Assembly (NCBI GenBank): GCA_025558095.1
Contig: JAIVFI010000012.1
Span: 310,001-374,000 of the forward strand
DNA length: 64,000 nt
Source of the DNA: Hyaloraphidium curvatum SAG 235-1
Lineage: Eukaryota; Fungi; Monoblepharomycota
Direction of reading: 5' to 3'
The notes beneath the pieces are model-generated. The model searched no databases, had not been told where the DNA came from, and saw only the letters and a list, made by a program, of their open reading frames with translations. Of the stretch, positions 1 to 12,019 are shown one piece after another; positions within the stretch are counted from its first letter, which is position 1; each line of letters starts with the position of its first letter. Position numbers and translations under genes: made by a program.

Positions 1-2238
1 AAAGTCCATCTCCCCCGGATCCTCCAGCTTCGCCCGCTCCTTGGTCCCGATCCGGATCCCGCCGTCGGTACTCACGTCCGACAACCCCGCGTAGCCGTCC
101 GGGGTTGCGCACCACGTCTGGATGGCGCGCATGATCTGCCACGCCCAGTCGCGGTACCGCTGCTCGTGGGTCAGGCGCCACATGTAGAAGATGCTCTCGA
201 CGGTCTCGGGGCGGAGGAGGTACTGCCGAGCGTACGATGAGGGGAAGGGGCGCAGATGGGGGCCGGAAAAGTCGATGACTTCCGGTCCGATGCCCGTCGC
301 TGGCGATTGAGGACGAAATCAGCCCTTCGGAACGGCGAGCAACGGGGGAGGATGCCCACGTTGGTCCGCGTACGAATCCCGGCACGTCTTGGTGAACCCC
401 TCCCCCCACCGGAACAGCTTCTCCTGCTCCGCCTTCCCCTTTGCGTCCTTGCCCTCCCACGTGCGCGCACCGAGCGCCAACGTCCCCCCCATGAAGCACG
501 CCAGGTGCTCCAGCGACGAACCCCCGCCCCCTGCGGGCCCGTCGGGGAAATATGTGAGCACGCGGCCGTCCTTAGTCACGTTGCGGCCCAAGTGGGCGAC
601 GATGGAGACGGCGGCCTCATCCCAAGCCTCGCGGAGGTGCGATTCCGAGGCGTCCTTGCCCGAGAGGAGCCACTGCTTGAGGAGGTACTCGTAGAACGAG
701 TCGACGCCGCCCCCGATCTTGTAGTTTTCTGCGGAGGAGCGGGGATCAGAGGCAGCCGGCATTCGCACGACGGGAGCACCCACGTTCGTAAACCCACGAC
801 GGGCTCATCCCCATCGCCGCGCTTATCCCCGGCATGATCTTGAACGGGTACAGCCCCTTGACCTTGAGCTGCTTCCTCAGCTGCATGAGCTGCGAGTTTG
901 CCCCCTCCACCCTCGCCGAGTACTTGCGCCCCTCCTTGCCGCCCACCGCCCTCGCCAGGTACGTGAACTCGAGCTGGAACGTGCCCACCTCGGCCAGGCC
1001 GAGGCCGCCGCCCATCCACCCCAAGGGGGCCGCGGAGCCGTCGCGGAGGTTGACCTGGCCCATGGGGAGGCCGGCGCCGGACTCGGTGAAGGCGCCCGAG
1101 AGGCGGTCGGCGAGGTCGCGCGCTTTGGAGAGGAGGCCGGGGTCGGAGGTGAGGGCGTAGGCGGAGAGGAGGCCGCCGAGCTGGCGGATGGTGGTCTCGA
1201 AGAAGGAGACCAGGACGGGCTTCAAGGGCGGAATCAGCGAGGGGCAGACATGCGAGCAAAGAGGCGACCCACGGCATTGGGGTCGAAGGTGTCGACGAGT
1301 TTGCGCGCCTCCTCGTACTCGGCCTTGAGCCCGGCCAGCCAGAGCGTGTCGAGCGAGTCGATGGGCGTGTTGAGCAGCGGGTAGTTGCGCGAGTACCAGT
1401 TCCTGGGTCCCTTTTGCATCGGATACAGGTCGTCTGCGCCCTTGGCGTAGCGCATGTACGAGCCCCAGGCGTGCTTGATCATGGTGCGTGCGTAGGTGAG
1501 GTTGGCGGGGTCGCAGAGCGGGGTGTGGCAGCCCGTGGGTCCGGCGAGCTCCGGAAATTCGGAGGTGGGGTAAGGTGGGCCGCCGGCGCGGGGCTCTGTG
1601 CGCCCGGGCGCGGGGCGGGGGCCCGGAGGGGCGAAATGGGGCTGCTGCTTCGAGACCGCGGCGCCCGAGAGCCTGTCCACGATATCCTGCGCGTTCGGCA
1701 GGCCCTCGAAGATGGGCTCGGCCATCTTGATCTTGGGCGGGCCCTTGCCCTCGGCGTCTGCGCCGCCGGCCTCCTCCGCGCCGCCGGCGTGCTCGGACCC
1801 GTCTGCCTTGCCGCCGTCGCCCCCGCCGTACGCGCCGGGCTTCTTCCCCTTGCGCTCCTTCTCCGCGTTTTTCAGCTCGCTGCGGTCCTTCTTGCGGCGC
1901 GCCTCCCACTCCTTGCGCAGCGCGTCGCCCTTTCCCGGCTTTGGCGACAGGATGATGCCGTCGCGCGCGCCCCGCTCGTCGTCGCCTTTATCGGCCTTGC
2001 GCAGCGTGTCCTTTGCGATATACTCCGCGTCGACGTCGTCCGTATCGTCCTCGGCGGCGCCCCATTCGGTCAGGAAAAAGAACGCGGCGGCGGCGGCGAC
2101 CGCAGCGAGCAGCAGCGCGGCGCGGCGGCCCACGCGCGGCCACCGCCGTCCGCCCGCCACCGCCGGCTGCGGCCCGACGCTCTTCTTCGTGTCGGCATAG
2201 TCCTCCTTCCACCGAGGCAGCACAGGCGGCGTGGACAT
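1..2238 (-). CDS. Glycoside hydrolase family 47 alpha-1,2-mannosidase, type II membrane protein; 3' end runs off the window; multi-exon
   Basis: N-terminal TM (AALLLAAVAAAAAFFFL), then GH47 motifs spread over ORFs joined by GT-AG introns: HAWGSY, IDSLDTLWL, VSFFETTIRQLGGLLSAY, LAEVGTFQLEF, DSFYEYLLKQW, EHLACFMGG, TGIGPE, YLLRPETVES. Confidence 0.95.
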
Positions 2239-2625
2239 GGCCGACGCGAACGGCGGCCAACTCCAACAAGGGATCACTGGTCAGTTCGCGCCTGCAAAGG
2301 GTGGCAGCGTGGGCACCATCCGCTGACCCATAACTGAGCATTCAACAGACGTCTCCGGATGCATGCATACTGCATCTATCGCGTGGATGGGCGTGCTTCG
2401 GCCTGTCGGGGCAGGGAACCCGCTGGACCTGGCAGAAGGAGTTGAGCCAATCGGAGTCGTGCAGATTCGGACGAATCCCGCCTCAGCTCCCTGTCAGCCT
2501 TATTGGACACAGAGTTCCGTCTGTCGATCCATACACTTTTGCCTTGAACCGAATGGGAGCGATCGGGGGCTCGGACAGGGCTTCCGCCCGCCGCGCTCAC
2601 CGCCACGGAGCTCCAAACACCCACC

Positions 2626-3475
2626 ATGGCGTCCTCCCCCGTGTCGCCGTCGGCGGCGTCGCTCGCCGAGGAGAACGAGCGCCTCCGCGAGCGCGTCGAG
2701 CAGCTCAAGCGGGAAAAGGCGGACCTGATGGTCAAGCTGGAGGAGGAGGAAGAGTGCGTCCGCCCGGCCTCCCCCGCCCCGCCCCTCACCCCGCGGGACG
2801 CGTCGCAGCTACATCACAAACACGCTCACGCGCAAGCTGCACGCGCTGCAGCGCGACAAGGTCGACATCGAGAACCAGCTCGAGCAGGAACAGGAGTTCA
2901 TCGTCAACAGGCTGCAGAAGCAGCTCGAGGACGCTCGCGTCGGCGCGCCGGTCGGCGTGGCGATCGACACGGGGATGGCGAGGTGCGCGACGCCCCGCGG
3001 GCGAGGGGCCGCGGTCTGACGCCGAGAAGGAGCAGGTCGAGGAGCGGGAGCATGTCGACGCGGGACGAGCCGCCGCCGTCGCCCGGGGTCGCCGACATCC
3101 TGAGGGTCTGTTGTTCGTTGCCGCCCTGCCGTCTTACTTTCTGACGCCGCCCGCGCGTAGGCCGAGGTCACCTCCCTCCGGCAAAAGATCAACTCGATGG
3201 AGCAGTCCCACGAGCACATCGTCCGCGCCTTCCGCACCTGCACCTCCTCCCTCAAATCCGCCCTCCTCGCGGCGCGCGGCCTCCCGGAATCCGCGCGCGC
3301 GGAGCTGGACGCCGAGTTCGCGGAGCCCGAGACGCCGCGGCCGCTTTTGGGGGCCGCGCCGCTGGGGGGGAAGGAGTTCGCGGTGCCGACGCCCAGGGCG
3401 AGGAGCAGGAGCAGGAGGGGGAGCGGGGGCGGGGACGCGTGGACGCCGAGCACGGCGGTGGGCGGGCCGGCGTGA
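2626..3475 (+). CDS. CCDC6/H4-like coiled-coil protein (DUF2046); multi-exon
   Basis: Spliced translation KLEEEEEYITNTLTRKLHALQRDKVDIENQLEQEQEFIVNRLQKQL carries the repeated E-E-E-(Y/F)I-x-N-x-L motif of CCDC6. Confidence 0.75.
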
Positions 3476-3640
3476 GGACTTTGGTGGGCCGAGAAGGCGG
3501 ACGCGGTTTCGTGGACCGCGTGGGGAGAGGGACATGATTGTACAGTATTCTTGGGCTGCGGGCGACGGGGTAAAGGGCGTCCATGGTCTGTTTCGTGTTT
3601 CTGTACTGCTGGTTTAATCCAATCAATAGCTCCAAACGTC

Positions 3641-5227
3641 CTACATCTTCGCCTTGTCCCCAGTCTTCACCTCGGGCCACGTGTCGAAGCACCCTGTTGC
3701 CTTCTCATACTCGGCCGCGAGCGCAAACAGGACGTGGTCCTCGTGCTTGCGGCCGACGATCTGGAACGACAGTGGCAAGCCCGATTCCGAGAGCCCGCAC
3801 CGCATGACGCAGGCCGGGTTGCCGTTGAAGTTGAAAGGCTGCAAAAGTGCGGGAAACGGCGGTCAGCTGCTGGCGCGGACGGGCCGCCGTCTCGGAGAGC
3901 TCACCATGGAGAAGCCCCAAAAGTCGGTCGCGTTCCCGTCCGCCCCGCGCCTCACCTCCACCCCGCCGATGAACTTGGGCATCTCTGGCATGGCCGCCGG
4001 CGCGACGAACGGCATCGCCGGGGTGACCAGCGCATCGTACCCTGCCTCCTCATCCTCCTCCCTGCTCGGGAAAAAGCCCTCGGCGATCGCACCGGCAAAC
4101 TCGGCGAACCTCCTCAGCGTCCCCGCCAGGTCCGCGATCCCGATCCCCTCGGCCCCCTTGATCCCGTCGACGAACATGGCATCCAGCTCCCCCTCCCGCC
4201 CGCGGATGGCCTCGCCGGCCGTGACCCACGAGTTGCCCCCCGCGCCGACGGACCAGGTCCTGCCTAGCTTGGGCAGCGCAAACGCGGATTCCTCGACGCG
4301 GTGGCCTAGCGCAGCGAGCGCGGCGCACGCGCGCTCCACCCCGCGGAGCACCTCGGCGTCGACGCCGGGGACGATCCCCAGGGTGCGCGAGAAGGCGATC
4401 CTGAGGCGGCGCGCGGGGGGCGATCGGACCACGTCGGCGTACTTGATCCCCGGCGCCGGGAGGGACGACGGGTCGAGGGGATGGTACCCCGCGCACGCAT
4501 CCAGGAACAGCGCCGCGTCGAGCACGGTCCTGGTGATCGGGCCGTTGTGGGCGTGCTCGATCAGGTGCCTGTGCGCCGGGAACGGCGGGTCCCCCGTCAG
4601 CGGCACGCGGCCGTAGCTCCCCTTGAACCCGAAGCACCCCGTCCAGCACGCCGGCCCGCGGATCGAACCGCCGCCGTCCGAGGCCGTGGAGAGGGGCACC
4701 ATGCGCGCGGCGATGGCGGCCGAGGTGCCGCCGCTGGAGCCGCCGGGGGTGCGGGAGGGGTCCCAGGGGTTGCGGGTGACGCCGTGGAAGTTGGAAAACG
4801 TCCAGGCGGTGAAGCCCAGCGAGGGCGCCGCGGTCTTGCCGACGACGATGCAGCCGGCGCGCCTGAGCCGCGCGACGTGGACCGAGTCGGCCCGCGGCAT
4901 GTGGTCCTTCCATATCGCGCAGCCGTGGCTCGTCGGCAGGCCCGCGACGTCCTCGAGGTCCTTGACGCCCAGCGGCACGCCGGCCAGGGGCAGCTTCAGG
5001 GAGCGGTCGCGGTCCAGCCGGCGCCCGAGCTCCTCCGCGTCGGCGAGCGCGCCCTCGCGCCTCAACACGACGAACGCGTTCAGGACCGGGTCCAGCGCGT
5101 CGATGCGCTCGAACGCGGCGAGCACCGCGCGCACGGGCGACACGGCGCGCGCGTTGACGAGGTCCGCCAGCTCCGCGGCGGAGAGGTCCATCAGGTGGAC
5201 GCCGCCGTGGTGCGTCGGCGTCGGCAT
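3641..5227 (-). CDS. Amidase-signature family amidase, paralog 1; C-terminal AKM (PTS1-like)
   Basis: PLAGVPLGVKD, GKT, TRNPW, TPGGSSGG, SDGGGSIRGPA (Ser-cisSer-Lys triad); one intron near 3840-3905; ends GDKAKM*. Confidence 0.93.
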
Positions 5228-6006
5228 CGCTGGAGCTGCGCGGGGAACGATGTTGGGCAACAATCGCGATCCGATCCGGCGAGCTGCGGGTAGAATGGAA
5301 GCGTTTGGAGGGGAGCGGCACCCGGATTGGGAGACAGCGCGGCGGACCAGGAGGCAGCCGATTCGCCCACCGCGTTCATCGAACAACTCCGTAGGCCCCG
5401 ACAAGTGCTTAGCTGCTACGTGCCTGAATTTGCAACGGCCGAAGCCGGAAAGAAAGCCTGATCAGGTAGATCAAGCGAGTGGGTGGAAGCATCCGGGCGA
5501 AGGCGTATCTTGCAAGGATCACGTCACAGCTGCGGTCTCACCACGAATGCAGGTGATTCAACTTTCTTTCCGATCGCCGAACGCAGAATATGATGGATAT
5601 GGTCCGCTCTGGCCGGGATCAGGCCAAGGCCGTTGCCGCGAAAGGCCAGCTTTTCCGTCCGCCTGGCGCGCGCAATCCAGGCCAATCCGCCCCGGCCTCC
5701 CCGGAGCTTGCTTGCATTTACCGACAGAGCAGTATGCTGCATTCGTCCGGGCATCGGCTGGCTGTGCGCGGGTTCCGTGCAAGCTCGTGATTACCCCAAT
5801 GATGGGGCGGCGGGGCGGCCGTCTCCGCGCCGCCACACCTCACTCCCGGCAACCCCAGCCGGCCCACCATTCTGGCTTCGCGCGACGCCGTACGCCGCCG
5901 GCGGCCAGCGGGCGCGCCGCTCGGAGATGGCGCGCCGCAGCTGAGCGGGCCGGACGGCTCGTCGGACTCGGAGGCCGACTCGGACGCCGCAGACGACCCC
6001 GCGGCG

Positions 6007-7406
6007 ATGCTGTTCAGGCGGCCGTCGGGCGACCCGGCCGCGGACGCGGAGGCCGCGCTGGCGGTGCCGCACTCGGGCGCGCGGATCGTGTCGGCGACCG
6101 TCGGTGGGTGATCTGCGTGTGCCGCATGTCGCTCTGCCTGACTGGATTCCACGTCCGCCCCCCAATGCAGTCCACCAGAGCACCGAGGTGGCGCACCCGC
6201 TGTCGTCGTCCAACATCTCAATCGGCTCGCTCGTCTCGTCGGCGCTGCCGCAGTCGCTGGTCGACGCGCTGCCCGCGATCGACCCCAACGCGAGAGTGGC
6301 GCCCGCCGGCGTGGTCGCGGAGGTCATCGACGACTCGGCCTCGTCCGACGGCTCGGTCGCGGGCACCCCCGGTCCGCACGTCGTGCGCGTGCGCCTGCGC
6401 GCCGCGGACGCAAAGGCCGCGGAGGGCTCGCGCCGCAGGCTGCCCCCCGGCGCGCGCACGTACGAGCCGCTGCTGCGGCCGCGGAAGAACCCGCATGGCC
6501 TGCTGCGCTTCGAGGACCTGCCGGCGTGGCTGCGCGACAACTTCTACATCATCACGGGATACAGGCCCGAGCTGTCCACCTACACGGCCTGCCTGCGCTC
6601 CATCTTCTACGTGCACAACGAGTCGGGCAACATCTGGACCCACCTCTTCGGCGCCGCCCTCTTCGTCGGCCTGGCCGCCTACACCTACGCGGGCGTGTTC
6701 CCCGCCCTCGGCGCCGCGGACTGGCGGGACGCGGGCGTCTTTGCCGCCTTCTTCCTCGGCGCTTTCGTGTGCCTCTCCATGTCGGGCTTCTTCCACACCT
6801 TTTGCGCGCACTCGGCCGAGGTCTCGTGCCGCTGGAACAAGATCGACTACGTCGGCATCGTCGCCCTCATCGTCGGCTCCTTCTTCCCGCCCGTGTTCTA
6901 CGGGTTCTACTGCCAGCCCGCGTGGCAGTACGCCTACCTGGCCGGCATGACGATCCTGGGCTCCCTATGCGTGGGTTCCGCCCCTCTCTGCCGCCCTCCC
7001 CATACCCTTACGCTCCCGCCCCGCCTCGCAGGCCATCTTTGCCGTCGCCGACGCCTTCCAGCACCCCTCGTGGCGGTGGTTCCGCACCTCCCTCTTCCTC
7101 GCCCTCGGCTGCTGCGGCGTCGTCCCGCTGATCCACATCCTCGTCTCCCTGGGCTACCCCGCCGCCGTCTCGATGGGCATGTGGTACATGGTCGCCATGG
7201 GCCTCATGTACGTCGCCGGCGCGATGCTGTACGGGTTCAGGTGGCCCGAGAGGCAGTGGCCGGGGAGGTTCGACTACGTGGGGCAGAGCCACCAGATTTT
7301 CCACGTGCTCGTGGTGGCGGCGGCCGCGGCGCATTGGTTGGGGACGGTGGGGAGCGCGAGGTGGAGGCACGATCCGGCGGAGGGGAGGTGGGCGTGCGGG
7401 GCGTGA
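6007..7406 (+). CDS. PAQR / hemolysin-III family membrane protein (IZH / adiponectin-receptor-like); start uncertain
   Basis: LPAWLRDNFYIITGYR, HNESGNIWTH, SGFFHTF, DYVGI, PERQWPGRFDYVGQSHQIFH; introns near 6103-6170 and 6970-7031. Confidence 0.93.
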
Positions 7407-7588
7407 GGGAAGAACGCGCACGGTCGGAGGAGATAGATTAGACCGAGACGATGTGCAACAGGGGAACTGAAAACACCATCGAGCACTGATCTGCCGCCCA
7501 TACATGCTTCATGAGCGTCCGGTAGTTCGCACGCTGCGCAAGCGCCCCATCGGGCCCCAAATGGAGACCGACAACGAGCCCGGCAACG

Positions 7589-8165
7589 TCAGGAATCCCG
7601 GCACACCGTCTTGTGCTGCGGCCAGTGCGCCGTTTGGCACTCCTTGGAGCAGTAGTGCGCTGCGCGGCAGCGCGAGCACCGCTTCATCTCCCCGCCCTCC
7701 TTGGCCGACATCTTGCCGCAGCTCGCGCACCCATACAGCGGCGTTATCCCCCTCCTCCACCCCCGCAGCTCCGGCACGCCCTTGCGCAGGTTGTCCGCGG
7801 CCTCCCCGCACGACGATACGCCGCATATCGGGAACATGTAGTCGTGGACCGCTCCGTCGGCCACCGCGGAATAGTCATGCACCGCCTGTTTGCCCCGTCA
7901 TGCACCGCCTGTTTGCCTCGCCCGGCGGGAGCACCCTCCCGCACCCGCAGCACGTCCATTCCGGCTCCGCGGCGCGGATGAGCGGGATCGCGAAGCGGTT
8001 CCCGGCGTCCAGGCCCGCGCGCTCGAACGCGGCCTCGGAGGCCAGGTCCTGCCGCCGCGCGGGAAAGGGGAAGGTGCGGTCGATGATGGGGCCGGTGCGG
8101 GAATAGACGATGATGCGGTACGTGGCCGGGACGGTTGCCATTGTGGTGGTATCCTTCGTCGCCAT
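7589..8165 (-). CDS. MYND zinc-finger protein; frame broken by a tandem duplication, or rescued by a 49-nt intron (7886-7934)
   Basis: C-terminal CASCGK...KRCSRCRAAHYCSKECQTAHWPQHKTVC; upstream ORF 7875-8165 lies in a different frame. Confidence 0.75.
7874..7917. repeat. Direct tandem duplication, 21 nt identical, 23-nt period
   Basis: gtcatgcaccgcctgtttgcc at 7874-7894 and 7897-7917. Confidence 0.95.
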
Positions 8166-8269
8166 AGTCTGTGTTTGTGAGCGTTGTCATCCAGCCAGGA
8201 AGAGGCAGACGCAAGAAAGCGATCGTGGCACCCCCGGATCTATTCGCCCCAGCTTCCGCAAGACGGCCC

Positions 8270-11200
8270 TCACTCCTTCTTCTCACCCTCGCCCTCGTCC
8301 TCGTCATCCTTCCCGACCAGGCACTGCGGTCGATCCTTGCTGTCCGAGCGCGAGAGCGACTTTTCGGGGGGCGCCGCCTCTACTGGCCCGGCGGCGATGC
8401 GGACCATCCTGTCGGCGTGGATGTGGGCCTTCATGGCGCGGCGGACGTCGTCCAGGGTGACGGCGTTGACGATGGAGGGAAAATCTGAGGGGCTTGTGGC
8501 GTCAGCGACTCTGGACGGCGCCACTCGTCCGCCCCCCGCGCCGTTGCATCCGCTTGCGCAGGCGCAGCCGCATGCACCGGCACGAAAACCGGCAGGAACG
8601 AACACTCGCCATCGATGTACGTCAGGGGCTGCCCCCTCCTCACGGTGTTGAGGATCGCGTTCGCGATCCCCTCGCACTTGCCCAGCGAGACGACCTGGTT
8701 CCCGATGATGGTCTTCTTCTTGAGCTCCAGCTGCTCCTCCGTGAGCCCGTCCTCCGCCCACAGCGCGATCTGCTCCTCCGTGACCTCGATGCCGCGGGCC
8801 AGCAGGTTCGGGGCGAAGGTACCCGAAGAGATGATGACGCCGTCCAGGCCGTTCTCGGCCCAGCTCAGGTTCGAAGTAATCGTGTAGGTGAGCGAGTACT
8901 TATCGCGGACTGTCTGCATGAGTCGGGAGCAGAAGTTCCCGCCGAGCTCAAACGTCGCGAGCAGGAGCGGAAGGAAATCCGGGTGATCGCGATCGACTTC
9001 CGACGATTGCCCGATACTGAGCACAGCACTCGTCTTCCCAGGCATAGGAATGTTGATGACCTTGCGCTCCGCTGGATGAGCACGGACGGCCTGCTTGGGG
9101 ATGACAAAGTCGGACATCTTCCACCCGCCCAGGCTCTCCTTGAGCCCCTTTGCCGCTGCTTCCGGGTCGACGTCGCCAACGATGGCAATGAAAAAGTTCC
9201 CAAGCCCAAGTTGGGCCTGGAAAGCCTTCAGATCATCCGCGGTCACGGCTTCGAGGTCCGCGACAACCTCGTCGAACGGCTTGGCGTAGTTCGGGTGCTC
9301 CGGCGGGAACAGCTCCTGCAGCAGCCGCTGGCTGGCGACGCTCGCGGGCGACTCCTTCGCCTGGCCGACCGCGGCCACCATCCGCTTCTTGACCCGGGCA
9401 AAGTCCCCGGCGTTGAGGCGCGGCTCCCTAAGCATCTCGCCGAGGAGGGACAGGATCATCCCCAGGTCGGGCGTGAGGCAGCGGGCGGTGAACCTCGTCC
9501 GAAAGCTGTCGATCCCCGAGTCGAACGAAAGGGAAGCGCCTTTGCTCTCGAGGAGCTCGCCGACCTCGAACTTGGTGCGCTTGAGGGTCCCTTCCTGGAG
9601 CATGGTGGCAAAAGCAGGCGCCACCATGGGCTTCCCCAGCTTCTCGCCTCCCGAAAGGAAGCCTACGATCTTGATCATGCCCGCGGCAGGGGTTTTGACC
9701 GCGTAGAGCGTGCATCCGGGCACGGGCTCGAGCTGCACGATGCGAGAGGCGAGTTTGCTCCGCGTCGGTTTCGTGGGGGTGCCTGTACCCGGGGCAACGG
9801 GGCTGGGACCGGGATTGGCGATGTTGTCCTTTCCATCGAGGTCCGGGATGGTCTCCGAGTTGTCCACGCCCACGTTGGGATCCTTGTCCTTCTTGGGGAT
9901 AAAGGTGACCTAGTTGCGGCCGTTCAGTACGAAGGATCACTTCTCACAGACGGCTAACGCACCGTGGTGCGCCAATCTTCGTCAAAATACTTCGCGGCCA
10001 CCCGCTTGATGTCCACGGCAGTGACCTTGTCCGACTTCTCGGGCAGCTCAATGTACATCTTCCAGTCGCCCGCGGCGATGGCATCGTTGAGCAGAGTGGC
10101 CACGGTCACTGCGCGTGAAAATGCTCAGATGACGGCACGACTTGATGCGCCGCGCAGAGCCTTACGTGTTCCGTCCTTCATGAACGCAAGCTCCGCCTTG
10201 AGCTGGGCCTTGGCGTTCGCCAGCTCGTCCGCCGTTACGCCATCCTTCTTGACCTTCTCCAGCTCATCAATCACCGCGGCTTCCACTTCCTCCAGGGACG
10301 TTCCGGGCGTCAGATACGCCAGGACCTGGAACAACCCCCCGTCACGGTGCGTGGTGTTGTTGGCGAATGCCTTGGTGCACTTGGCGGCGTCCACGAGGCG
10401 CCGGTACATCCGCGAGAGCTTTCCGGTCGAGAGAATCGAGGAGAGCAGGTTAAGAGCAGGCGAATCGGGGTGGAGCGCATGCGGGGTTTTGTGTGCGATG
10501 CAGAGGAGGGTCAGGGCGCCAGGGCGCCGGATGACGGCCCGGCGGGGGCCTTCCTGGGCAGGCTCGGCAGTGTAAGGCTGGGGTATGGGATTCGGCGAGC
10601 GTGCGATGCGGGAAAAACGCTTCTCGACGATGGAGAGGGCCGTTGGGACGTCAAGGTCGCCAACTGGTATCGCTGGGTCAGTGACAGTCGGAGGATCTAC
10701 CACCGACGAGTACAAACCGATGATGGCGAAGGCGTTATTAGGATGGTAGAACGTGTTGTAAAACTGCGAGACGCAATGAGAAACGTACGCCGTTCAGGGC
10801 ATAGTAGGCGTCCCACCTCCTTCAGCTTTTCGATCGGAGCCTGCTCGATGTCGGCTTTCCATCCGATGGTTGTGCAATGATATGCGTGGGCGTGGTATGC
10901 GGTCGCGTACAAGGCCTTCATGACAAGGCGCATGGGGTCGTTCTCTGTCGCGGCGCAGATCGGTCGCTCCTCATCGCGAGCAGCTCGCTGAATGCGCACC
11001 GTTCTTCTCGAACTCGTTTCGAACCACGGGCATCTCGTCCTCTTTGTCCTGGGCGCGAATGAATGCGCCCCGCATCCGATCCGCCTCGATTTCGGCCGCC
11101 ACGTCCACTGACTCCACAGGGAGCATCGCAAAGTAGTTGGTCCGGTCCAGAGAGGTCGTCGCGTTCATGACGGCTCCAAGGTTCTGCAGGACGGAGAAGA

Positions 11201-11438
11201 CGGGCCTGCCATTCTCCTTGTTGAAATTCTCCGATCCTTTAAACAGGATGTGTTCTAGAAGGTGAGTCGACCCAGTGTATCCGCTGGCCTCATTGCGGGA
11301 GCCGACTTTGTAAGTGACCATGAAGGTGGCGACCGGGGCAGAGTGATCCTCGCACACGAGCACTCGCAATCCGTTGGCGAGAAGCTCGAAAGAGTGTACA
11401 TCTCCGGCAGAGCCAGTGTACTTGAACGCGTCCAACAT
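8270..11438 (-). CDS. M16 (insulinase/pitrilysin-family) zinc metallopeptidase, fused two-half PqqL-like architecture; multi-exon
   Basis: NGLRVLV..DHSAPVATFMVTYKVGSRNE, inverted zinc motif HLLEH, NATTSLDRTNY, VVRNE; second half has MLQEGT and SRLMQTVRDKYSLTY. Confidence 0.9.
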
Positions 11439-12019
11439 TCTGCGAAGGGAGTGACAGGACGGCGAGAGGAGTAGTTGGCGCGTGCGCCGAAGCGAATCCT
11501 GGAGCCGAAGGGCACTCCGCGAGTCCTAGACGGGTCAGGAATGGAGGCGCCTTCCCAGATTGGTCGAAATGGGGAGAAAGGAGGGTCGGCCGGGCGTTCT
11601 AAGCAACTCCGGTGGTCGAACCCTGAAAATTGGGATTGCATGCAGCGTGCGAGCCCTGATTTCCAAACACAATATACACGAAAAGCGAAGCCCTGCCCCC
11701 CGAAATCTACCCTTCCATCTCGTAGAGCCACTGAGCCGTGCCCTCCACCCGACTACTTACCTCACCGGCCGCCCTCCCAGCCGCCGTGGACGCCCCCTGC
11801 AGCGACCCCGATCCTGATTCCTGATTTGTTGGCTGGACCGGCCGCCTACGTGCTTGGCCATCAGACCCATCAATTGTTTGCCACTGGTGTGATTCTAGCT
11901 TTCAGAAGTCGATCCGCATGTGGCGGAACGATTTGGGCCGTACAGGACCAGTGAGGACAGGCGAAGCTAGGTTTCAACTGCACGCCGATCACCGCACCCC
12001 ATTCCACCGCCGACCGCCA

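Noticed and set aside
4623-6950. 775-aa + strand ORF and many similar long Arg/Pro/Ala-rich ORFs
   Set aside because: Antisense or off-frame shadows of GC3-rich genes (amidase, PAQR); no domain signal
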